Shown here: piece after piece, positions 9,105-15,874 of the stretch | How positions within the stretch are numbered: position 1 is the stretch's first letter | Layout of the letters: every line of letters begins with the position of its first letter | Source: Phycisphaerae bacterium | Lineage (GTDB): Bacteria; Planctomycetota; Phycisphaerae; UBA1845 | Length of the DNA: 25,938 bases | Assembly (NCBI GenBank): GCA_046715855.1 | Contig: JBKJYI010000099.1 | Location: 1 to 25,938 of the forward strand | Reading direction: 5' to 3' | Position numbers and translations under genes: made by a program | Notes under the pieces: model-generated | What the model was told of the DNA's origin: nothing | The model's input: only the letters and a program-made list of their open reading frames with translations | Database searches by the model: none

Positions 9105-9132
9105 AAAAATGCTGCAAGCAGGAGACAACACC

Positions 9133-9966
9133 GTGAATTCCTTCCCTACCTCGCAAAAGTGGATTATCATCACCGCGATTGTTTTGCTCGCCGTACCCCC
9201 AGCCCTTCGAGCCGTCGAAGAGTCATCCAAAACGCAACCGCACGTCGCCCTGAGCGGCCACTGCCCTGTTGCCTATCAAACCGAGTCCAAGGCCGTCAAA
9301 GGCGACCCCGCAAACTCCGCCACCTACCAGGGCTGGGTCTACCACTGCTCCTCGCCGGACGCCAAGAAAACGTTCGAAGCCAATCCCGGAAAATACGCCG
9401 CCCAATACGGCGAGCTCTGCACCACTGCACTCGGCGGAATTTACGGCAACCGCCTCCCTTCCGACCCCACCGTCTTTTACGTCATCGACGGAAAGCTCTA
9501 CCTCTACTCCTCGCTCCGCGCACGCAACGCTTTCGACCGCGACCCGCCTGCCTACATCGCTAAGGCCAATCAGCTCTACGCCATTCCCTCTTACTCGGGC
9601 TTCAGCCTCCCCGCCTACCAACTCGAAAACAAGGCCGTCAAGGGCGATCCGAAATTCACCAAGGTTTTCCGGGGACTCGTCTATCACTTTCACTCGCAGG
9701 AAGCCGCCGACGCGTTCGAAAAGAACCCGGAGCGATTCCTGCCGCAATACGGGACTTTTTGCGCCGAGGGCGTCTCACGCGGCAAACGCTTCCCGGCCGA
9801 CCCCGCGAACTTCTCCGTAGTAGACGGCAAGACGTATCTCTTTTTCGACCCCAAGGCCAAAGCCGCTTTCGATGCCGACTCCAAATCGCTGATCGAAAAA
9901 GCCGATGCGGACTGGAAAGCCAACCCCGGACCAAAGAAAGAGCCCGCAACGCAGCCGCAACCCTAG
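9133..9966 (+). CDS. Secreted protein with two tandem YHS-family units
   Basis: GTG at 9133 preceded by GGAGA (9121-9125) and a signal-like N-terminus (KWIIITAIVLLAVPPALRA). Two homologous units: GHCPVAY..KAVKGDP..YHC..FEANPGKY.AQYGELC..DGKLY and GFSLPAY..KAVKGDP..YHF..FEKNPERF.PQYGTFCA..DGKTY. The ORF-track start at 9016 lies inside repeats. Confidence 0.75.
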   Translation: MNSFPTSQKWIIITAIVLLAVPPALRAVEESSKTQPHVALSGHCPVAYQTESKAVKGDPANSATYQGWVYHCSSPDAKKTFEANPGKYAAQYGELCTTALGGIYGNRLPSDPTVFYVIDGKLYLYSSLRARNAFDRDPPAYIAKANQLYAIPSYSGFSLPAYQLENKAVKGDPKFTKVFRGLVYHFHSQEAADAFEKNPERFLPQYGTFCAEGVSRGKRFPADPANFSVVDGKTYLFFDPKAKAAFDADSKSLIEKADADWKANPGPKKEPATQPQP

Positions 9967-10032
9967 CGCAAAGCCGAACCAGAAGCCGAAGCCCAAGCCG
10001 AAGCAATGTAGCGTAAAAACAGAGCTTCGCCC

Positions 10033-10082
10033 TGTCATTCTGAGCGCAGCGAAGAATCTCGGGTGCCATGGCCAAGCGCAGC
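10033..10082 (+). repeat. Composite REP-like unit: family C (TGTCATTCTGAGCGCAGCGAAGAATCTC) fused to family B
   Basis: The same C-then-B junction recurs at 12150-12208. Confidence 0.8.
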
Positions 10083-10121
10083 CCGTTTGTTTTTCGCGCC
10101 CCCCATCTTAAACTCATATCC

Positions 10122-10883
10122 GTGACAGAACCTGCCCTTCGCGAACTCCTCGAGTCGGTCCGCACCGGCCGCCAATCCATCGACGACGCCATCGCACACC
10201 TTCGCCGCCTGCCCTTCGAGGACCTCGGCTTCGCCAAGATCGACCATCACCGTTCGATCCGTTGCGGTTTCCCCGAAGTGATCTTTTGCAGCGGAAAAAC
10301 CGCAGAGCAGGTCGCAGCCATTTTTGATCGCTGTGCCCAATCCGGCGTCAACGTGCTCGCCACCCGCGCCAATCGAGACGTTCAGCGCGCCGTCGCCGCC
10401 AAATACCCAGGCGCCGAATTTCACGAACGCGCGGGCCTCATCACCTTGCGGCAACGGGAAAAACAGCCCAGCTCCGGCACCATCGCCATCGTCTCCGGTG
10501 GAACCAGCGACATGCCCGTCGCCGAGGAAGCCCGCATCACCGCCGAAATGATGGATCAAAACACGCAAGCCATCTACGACGTGGGTGTCGCAGGAATCCA
10601 CCGCCTGCTCGCCCACTCCGCAGCACTGCAGCAAGCCAGCGTGGCCATAGTCGTCGCCGGAATGGAGGGCGCGCTCCCCAGCGTAGTCGGAGGCCTGGTC
10701 GATTGCCCGGTCATTGCCGTCCCCACCAGCGTCGGCTACGGCGCAAGCTTCGGCGGCGTGGCCGCCCTGCTCGCCATGCTCAACAGCTGCGCATCCGGCG
10801 TCACCGTGGTAAACATCGACAATGGCTTCGGCGCAGGCTTCGCGGCCGCGCTCATCAACCGCCGCAAGAACATGGTGAATTAA
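10122..10883 (+). CDS. larB: Nickel pincer cofactor biosynthesis protein LarB (AIR-carboxylase-like)
   Basis: Motifs IDHHR..RCGFPEVIF..GKT, GTSDMPVAEEA, DVGVAGIHRL, VAGMEGALPSVVGGL, PTSVGYGASFGG and LNSCASGVTVVNIDNGFGA. GTG at 10122; the track start at 10068 is inside a repeat. Confidence 0.92.
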   Translation: MTEPALRELLESVRTGRQSIDDAIAHLRRLPFEDLGFAKIDHHRSIRCGFPEVIFCSGKTAEQVAAIFDRCAQSGVNVLATRANRDVQRAVAAKYPGAEFHERAGLITLRQREKQPSSGTIAIVSGGTSDMPVAEEARITAEMMDQNTQAIYDVGVAGIHRLLAHSAALQQASVAIVVAGMEGALPSVVGGLVDCPVIAVPTSVGYGASFGGVAALLAMLNSCASGVTVVNIDNGFGAGFAAALINRRKNMVN

Positions 10884-10901
10884 GCCTGCAAATCGGGCGC
10901 G

Positions 10902-11028
10902 GATGTGGCGACTTGGTGATATGGTGATGTATCCTTATGCTATTTAGTGCCGAGTGGCTACGGCCTAAAGGACACAGTCGTGCGTTGCTATACATCGCCA
11001 AATCACCACTTCACCAAATCACCACATA
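10902..11028. repeat. Inverted pair of octamer tandem arrays (GATNTGGT / ACCANATC) around a 57-nt core with a hairpin
   Basis: Left arm GATGTGGC GACTTGGT GATATGGT GATGTAT (10902-10932). Right arm ATACATC GCCAAATC ACCACTTC ACCAAATC ACCACATA (10990-11028). Confidence 0.75.
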
Positions 11029-12003
11029 ACAAAGCCTGAACTCATCGTCACCCACGAAATCGCCCCCCTCCCCGAACGCAGCCGCGAGGCGCACAAGGGC
11101 GACATGGGCCGCCTGCTCATCATCGGAGGCTCGAATTCCGACACGCTCATGATCGGCGCCCCCGCCCTCGCCGCCAACGCCGCATTCCGCGCCGGCGCCG
11201 GCCTGGTCCAGATGCTCGTCCCCGCCGAACTCCGCGAATCCGTCTGCGTCCTCGCCCCTTGTGCCACGGCTCGCACGCTCCCACACTCTCCGCAGGACAT
11301 CATTCGATGTGCATCCGACTATGCTGCCAATGTGCTTGCTGTGGGTCCTGGCTTGGGGCGAACGCTCTCCGCCCAAACCATCATTCAATTGCTCGACACC
11401 TTCGCCGGCCCCTGCGTCGTCGACGCCGACGCCCTCAACATGCTCGCTGAGTCTGGGCGAGCCGCGAACTTCACTTTGCGCGGAGCGGCGGATCCCGACT
11501 CCCACCCAATCGACAATCGACAATCGCAAATCGAAAATACGCCGCCGCCCTGGCCTATCCGCGACGCCCACCGCGTCGTGCTCACGCCGCACTCCGGCGA
11601 GGCCCGCCGCCTGCTCGACTCCTTCGCCATCACCAAAACGATCGACACCACGCCGCAGTCCCGCCGCGCCGCCGCATACGCCCTCGTGCAAGCCACCGGC
11701 TGCACCGTCGTCCTCAAAGGCCACAACACCGTCGTCACCAACGGCGACCGAATCTACACCAATGAAACAGGCAATCCCGGCATGGCCACGGCCGGCGCCG
11801 GTGATGTGCTCACCGGCATCATCGCCGCCCTGATCGGCCAGCACATGCCGCCCTTCGAAGCCGCCGTCCTGGGCGTCTACCTCCACGGCCTGGCCGGCGA
11901 CTTCGCCGCCGAAGAATTAGGCCGCCACGCCATGACCGCCCTCGACATCATGGACTACCTCCCCGAAGCCTTCATCGAACACGACTCCACCTCCACCGCT
12001 TGA
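11026..12003 (+). CDS. nnrD: ADP-dependent NAD(P)H-hydrate dehydratase (stand-alone NnrD); start codon unresolved
   Basis: LPERSREAHKGDMGRLLIIGGS, GAPALAA.AAFRAGAGLV, VGPGLG, VVDADAL, VLTPHSGEA, VLKG and MATAGAGDVLTGII. The conserved HKG motif lies upstream of the first ATG (11104), so 11026 (ATA) is a tentative start. Confidence 0.88.
   Translation: MTKPELIVTHEIAPLPERSREAHKGDMGRLLIIGGSNSDTLMIGAPALAANAAFRAGAGLVQMLVPAELRESVCVLAPCATARTLPHSPQDIIRCASDYAANVLAVGPGLGRTLSAQTIIQLLDTFAGPCVVDADALNMLAESGRAANFTLRGAADPDSHPIDNRQSQIENTPPPWPIRDAHRVVLTPHSGEARRLLDSFAITKTIDTTPQSRRAAAYALVQATGCTVVLKGHNTVVTNGDRIYTNETGNPGMATAGAGDVLTGIIAALIGQHMPPFEAAVLGVYLHGLAGDFAAEELGRHAMTALDIMDYLPEAFIEHDSTSTA
11457..11538 (+). repeat. 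Intragenic repeat block in nnrD: REP-like family E copy plus heptamer array
   Basis: 11457-11484 matches intergenic 13830-13857 at 26/28 nt. 11508-11538 reads AATCGAC AATCGAC AATCGCA AATCGAA AAT. Confidence 0.8.
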
Positions 12004-12020
12004 ACATCGCCGCTCCGGTG

Positions 12021-12280
12021 CTCGAGCCCCGGCATTCATGCCCGGAGATTCGAAAAAAGCGCCGCGATCGTTTGGTTAGATGGGAGGGCGAGGCTCCTGC
12101 CGAGCCGGTAGGGAATAATGCGGTCAAGTTTTGTCATTCTGAGCGAAGCGTCATTCTGAGCGAAGCGAAGAATCTCAGGTGCCATGGCCAAGCGCAGCGC
12201 CGCCATGGAGGACCCACCCAACCGAAAAATGAATGATCCCCGTAAGTGGACAATGCCCGAGCCCGGCATTCATGCCGGGC
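12021..12280. repeat. Cluster of REP-like elements: A (12021-12045), D GGGAGGGCGAGGCTCCTGCCGAGCC (12082-12106), C with internal duplication (12132-12176), B (12178-12208), A (12256-12280)
   Basis: Direct comparison with copies elsewhere in the window. D has a GGCTC/GAGCC stem, is single-copy in this window, and is assigned on structure and recollection of planctomycete repeats. Confidence 0.75.
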
Positions 12281-12323
12281 ATATCGACTTTAAATTCTCG
12301 CCCGTTGTGTTCGCTGCCTTTTT

Positions 12324-12387
12324 TTGCCTAGCTGCCTTATTGCCTCGTTGCCTCGTTGCCTGGTTGCCTGGTTGCCTGGTTGCCTTC
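12324..12387. repeat. Octamer tandem array (T/C)TGCCT(C/G)G, 8 units
   Basis: TTGCCTAG CTGCCTTA TTGCCTCG TTGCCTCG TTGCCTGG TTGCCTGG TTGCCTGG TTGCCTTC. The same octamer appears in reverse orientation at 25896-25938. Confidence 0.9.
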
Positions 12388-12390
12388 CCA

Positions 12391-13686
12391 TCACTCATAC
12401 CGCAGCGCATCAATCGGATCGAGCCGCGCTGCCGACATCGCCGGGTACATGCCGAAGAAAATACCCACCATGACCGACAGGCCAAAACTGATGGCCACCG
12501 ACCACCCCCGAACAATCCTTTCCCAGTCCGCGAACTGGCTCACCACATGCGCCCCCCCAATTCCCAGCAGTACGCCAATGATCCCGCCCGCAGTCGAAAG
12601 TACGACGGTTTCAACAAGGAATTGCAAAGTGATGTGCCGCCGCTTGGCCCCCAGCGCCCGGCGAATGCCGATCTCGCGCGTGCGCTCCGTAACCGTGGCC
12701 AGCATGATGTTCATAATGCCGATGCCGCCCACCAGCAGCGAGATGCCCGCGATAAAGCCCAGTGTGAGCTGGTTGTTGCGCTTCTTTTTCTTGGCCAACT
12801 CCAGCCGGGCCAACGGCACCTTCACTTCATAGTCAAGGTTGCTGTGATTGTACTCCAGGACGCGTTCGACCATTTTCGAAACCGGCAGCACGTGATCAAT
12901 CTCATCGATGTGCACGTACAGGCCTGAGTATTGCATCTTGGTCAGCTCGCGCGAGCCCGCGCCCATGCGCCGCGTCGTCTCGCCGAATTGCGAAATGGCC
13001 GTCTCGAACGGCACCAGAATCTCACTGTTGAGATCGCGCTCTTCGACACCGCGCGCCGGCGCCCCCGCGGTCTTCACTTCTTCCAAAATCCCCACCACCG
13101 TGAAGGGCACGCCGCTGGGGAAGCGCTCAGCCAGGATCGTTTCACCCAGCGGGTCCTTGAGCGGAAATAGCTTCGACCGTACGGAACTGCCGATCACGCA
13201 GACGTTGGTCCGCTCGATCACGTCCTGATGCGTGAGGGCCCGACCCTGTGCGACCTTGATGTTGACCACGTCGAAAAACTCCGGGCCGGTGCCGACAACT
13301 TCGAAGTTATGCTGCTGATCGCCATGCCGCACGCGATACGACACAATCTTGAGCGGCACCACGTGCTCCACGTGCGGGATGGTGGCCTTGAGCATATCGA
13401 GGTCGGCGCGGGTGATGCCGTATTGCAGAAGAAAGCTGTTGCTGCTCGACGACGATTGATTGTTCTGCGGCGGCTTGACCGAGTTGATAATGATATTCTG
13501 CGTGCCCAGCAGCTGGATCATGCGCATCTCGTCGGCCGACGCGCCCTCGGAAATCGAAAGCATGCAGATCACCGCCGCCACGCCAAAAATAATGCCCAGC
13601 GACGTAAGCAACGACCGCAGCTTGTGCAGCCGCAGGTTGTCCACCCCGAGCTTGAATGTCTCAAACGACAGCAGTTTCACGCCCAT
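12391..13686 (-). CDS. ABC transporter permease, MacB/FtsX family
   Basis: RSLLTSLGIIFGVAAVI..SISEG, a periplasmic core, and the C-terminal ISLLVGGIGIMNIMLATVTERTREIGIRRALGA...QFLVE...GIFFGMYPA..AARLDPIDALRYE. Confidence 0.92.
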   Translation of the reverse strand: MGVKLLSFETFKLGVDNLRLHKLRSLLTSLGIIFGVAAVICMLSISEGASADEMRMIQLLGTQNIIINSVKPPQNNQSSSSSNSFLLQYGITRADLDMLKATIPHVEHVVPLKIVSYRVRHGDQQHNFEVVGTGPEFFDVVNIKVAQGRALTHQDVIERTNVCVIGSSVRSKLFPLKDPLGETILAERFPSGVPFTVVGILEEVKTAGAPARGVEERDLNSEILVPFETAISQFGETTRRMGAGSRELTKMQYSGLYVHIDEIDHVLPVSKMVERVLEYNHSNLDYEVKVPLARLELAKKKKRNNQLTLGFIAGISLLVGGIGIMNIMLATVTERTREIGIRRALGAKRRHITLQFLVETVVLSTAGGIIGVLLGIGGAHVVSQFADWERIVRGWSVAISFGLSVMVGIFFGMYPAMSAARLDPIDALRYE

Positions 13687-13829
13687 AGACTACCGCAGGA
13701 AGGCCCATGAATGCCAAGTCGGAACCTGTATGGGACCGCAGCAATCACTCCAAATGCCGCTTCAGCAAACCCATGCCGAAGGACTGACCGCCGAAGCCCT
13801 CGCCGTCGTCACCTAGCTGGCTTGAAGCA

Positions 13830-13857
13830 GCGAGCCGCGAACTTCAGTTCGCGCGGA
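13830..13857. repeat. REP-like family E hairpin GCGAGCCGCGAACTTCAGTTCGCGCGGA
   Basis: Perfect stem CGCGAAC-TTCA-GTTCGCG. Second copy inside nnrD. Confidence 0.75.
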
Positions 13858-13901
13858 CAACCCCATCGAGATTTCACGGACAGTCGTTGCCGTACTTTTT
13901 T

Positions 13902-13996
13902 TGACCCCGAAGGGGTCACCGACAGTAGCCGGGGGTAAGCGCAGCGCCACCCCCGGTAGACGAACCCCACGAATGGCCGACCCTGAGGGGGTCGCA
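13902..13996. repeat. Three-hairpin REP-like element (family F)
   Basis: TGACCCC-GAA-GGGGTCA (13902-13918), CCGGGGGT-AAGCGCAGCGCC-ACCCCCGG (13929-13956) and CGACCC-TGAGG-GGGTCG (13978-13994). A degenerate fragment TGACCCCGAGGGG occurs at about 20062-20074. Confidence 0.7.
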
Positions 13997-14139
13997 CAAC
14001 TTCTTGACCTCAATCAACAACGCGATCCCGCCAAATGCCTGCCCAATGGATGGGCAACCCGCCAGCTAACCGACTTGCAATTTGGTTCGCAAAACCGCTA
14101 CGATAGCTTCTGCGTTTACACCCTTTTTAGGAGCACACA

Positions 14140-15525
14140 ATGAGCCGAGCCGTTTGCATTGCGGCGTTAGCCGTTCTTTGTGCCGAGTCTGTCGCCGACA
14201 CAATTCACGTTCCGGGTGAGGCACCGACAATACAAATTGCCATCGCGAAGGCGGCACCATTCGACTCGATCATCGTTGCGCCGGGTGAATACTTTGAGGC
14301 CATCAGCTTCGGCGGCAAGGTGATTACCGTCCAAAGCTCGAATCCCAATGATCCCGCTGTCGTGGCCGCAACCATCATCAACGCGGGCGGGCTGGGGTCC
14401 GTCGTCACCTTCTCGGGCGGTGAGGACCAAGTAAACACGGTGATTGACGGGTTCACCGTGACGGGCGGAACTATTGGCATCGACGCGCATAGTTCAAAGG
14501 CAGTAATTCGGCGGTGCGTGATTAGGGACAATAGCGGCGCGGGCGTATTCCAAGCCGACGGCACCATCGAAGATTGCGAGGTAAGTGGAAATAACGGGGC
14601 CGGCCTTAGTGATTGCGATGGAACAATTGAACGGTCCACCATCCAAAACAATCGCACTTCCGGGCTGCAAGAGTGCGACGGCTTAATCCGCGACACCATT
14701 GTTGAAACAACCAGAGAAGGGCCTGGCATAGCAGGCGGGGCCATTGACTTAGTTCGATGTGTTGTGCGCGGTAATGCGAGCGCAGGCGTGCAGGTTTATG
14801 CATGCTGTTGGCCGCATACTGGCGACATTGAGCAATCTTACATAATCGGCAACGGTTACGTTGGCATCCTCGGCCAAGGGAACACCGGACCAAGTGGGAC
14901 GGTAAAGAACACGGTCGTCGCCGGGAATCGAAACACTGGAGTCGTGAATTCAACAAAGAATTTCATTAGCTGCACGATCACCGGCAATAAAAACTACGGC
15001 ATCGAAAGCGGACTCGGTACAATCCGGCATGTCATTTTCTGGGATAATGCACTCGGTGCGATTAGTAATTCGACCACACCGCAATTCTCAGGCACGTCAA
15101 ACCCTTATTTCGTTGAACCCGGCTTCTGGGACTTGGTCAACAACGTCTGGGTCGATGGCGATTACCACTTGTCGCCGAATTCTCCCTTCATTGACGCGGG
15201 GGATCCCGCCTACACATCCAGCCCGAGCAACCCAACGGTAGACATCGACGGCAACCCGCGCATCGTCGGGGCCCGGGTAGACATTGGGGCGTTCGAGTTT
15301 CAGGCTGAATGCGAAGGGGACGATTTCGACGGCGACGAAACGCCGGATATTTGCGACCGAGATATTGACGGCGACGGAATTCTGAATGTCCCGGACGTAT
15401 GCGACGACACGTCGCTCGATGTGCCAGTCGGGGGCAATGGTAGGCCGTTGGCGGACCTGAATAACGATTGTTCTGTGAACCTCAAAGATTTCGCGGAGTT
15501 TCAAAAGAGCATGGGCGAGCCGTGA
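14140..15525 (+). CDS. Secreted right-handed beta-helix protein with choice-of-anchor-Q-like segment, TSP3-like Ca-binding repeats and a dockerin-like tail
   Basis: Signal peptide; IHVPGEAPTIQIAI..IIVAPGEY N-cap; repeated I.GN..G beta-helix rungs; DYHLSPNSPFIDAGDP..DIDGNPRIVGARVDIGAFE; DFDGDETPDICDRDIDGDG; ADLNNDCSVNLKDFAEFQ. Confidence 0.75.
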   Translation: MSRAVCIAALAVLCAESVADTIHVPGEAPTIQIAIAKAAPFDSIIVAPGEYFEAISFGGKVITVQSSNPNDPAVVAATIINAGGLGSVVTFSGGEDQVNTVIDGFTVTGGTIGIDAHSSKAVIRRCVIRDNSGAGVFQADGTIEDCEVSGNNGAGLSDCDGTIERSTIQNNRTSGLQECDGLIRDTIVETTREGPGIAGGAIDLVRCVVRGNASAGVQVYACCWPHTGDIEQSYIIGNGYVGILGQGNTGPSGTVKNTVVAGNRNTGVVNSTKNFISCTITGNKNYGIESGLGTIRHVIFWDNALGAISNSTTPQFSGTSNPYFVEPGFWDLVNNVWVDGDYHLSPNSPFIDAGDPAYTSSPSNPTVDIDGNPRIVGARVDIGAFEFQAECEGDDFDGDETPDICDRDIDGDGILNVPDVCDDTSLDVPVGGNGRPLADLNNDCSVNLKDFAEFQKSMGEP

Positions 15526-15697
15526 CAGCGGGATGGGCTTCGATAGGGAAATAACCGCCAAGCCGATTTAGCACGTGGGGGACCAGGCCGGGTGTCTCAT
15601 CCGACATGGGGGAATGAATTCACGCCATTTCGTTGCCCACTTTAATTCGCAGGCCTTGTTCTCAATTCCACGTCCAATTCCGCGCGCCCCGCATGTT

Positions 15698-15874
15698 CTA
15701 AAGGTTGATGAATACGATCCCGGAAACTTCCGCGCGCTCGCCAAGCATCTGGACCGCAACAATCAGTTCGATCCATGCAAAAAACAAAAACTGCAAGAAC
15801 AAAGCGATCTGCAAGCCCCGCTTTAGCCGCCTCGGTCTTCTTGCCTCGTTGCATGGTGGCCGTGCCGCTTCCAA
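15698..15874 (-). CDS. Possible small membrane protein, 58 aa (below the ORF-track cutoff)
   Basis: TTG start; MEAARPPCNEARRPRRLKRGLQIALFLQFLFFAWIELIVAVQMLGERAEVSGIVFINL has a basic patch followed by an about 20-aa hydrophobic stretch. No recognised homology. Confidence 0.3.
   Translation of the reverse strand: MEAARPPCNEARRPRRLKRGLQIALFLQFLFFAWIELIVAVQMLGERAEVSGIVFINL

Noticed and set aside
9016-9132. N-terminal extensions from the ORF track (YHS 9016, larB 10068, propellers 18699 and 20097, dehydrogenase 21426, TMTC1 585)
   Set aside because: They run through repeats, spacers or neighbouring genes. Downstream starts give signal peptides, SD motifs or family-typical N-termini.
9133-9966. 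Selenoprotein
   Set aside because: No in-frame TGA; all candidate positions are ordinary Cys codons.
9949-10009. Amber read-through or frameshifted KP-rich tail after the YHS stop (hexamers CAGCCG CAACCC TAGCGC A AAGCCG...)
   Set aside because: The degenerate hexamer run continues past the TAG but is low-complexity. No recoding signal is visible, and read-through would add only 14 residues.
10921-10947. Leader peptide MVMYPYAI in frame with nnrD
   Set aside because: It is generated by the octamer repeat itself, has no RBS, and two stops separate it from the nnrD frame.
13729-13816. Short ORF MGPQQSLQMPLQQTHAEGLTAEALAVVT (+) or its antisense GDDGEGFGGQSFGMGLLKRHLE
   Set aside because: Codon usage looks coding-like but is symmetric on both strands. 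There is no RBS, no recognisable homology, and the - strand version has no start ahead of the GDDGEG segment. It may be a gene remnant but cannot be supported.
13894-13918. Rho-independent terminator at the T-run plus hairpin
   Set aside because: The T-run precedes the stem on the + strand and becomes an A-run after it on the - strand, so the geometry is wrong on both strands.
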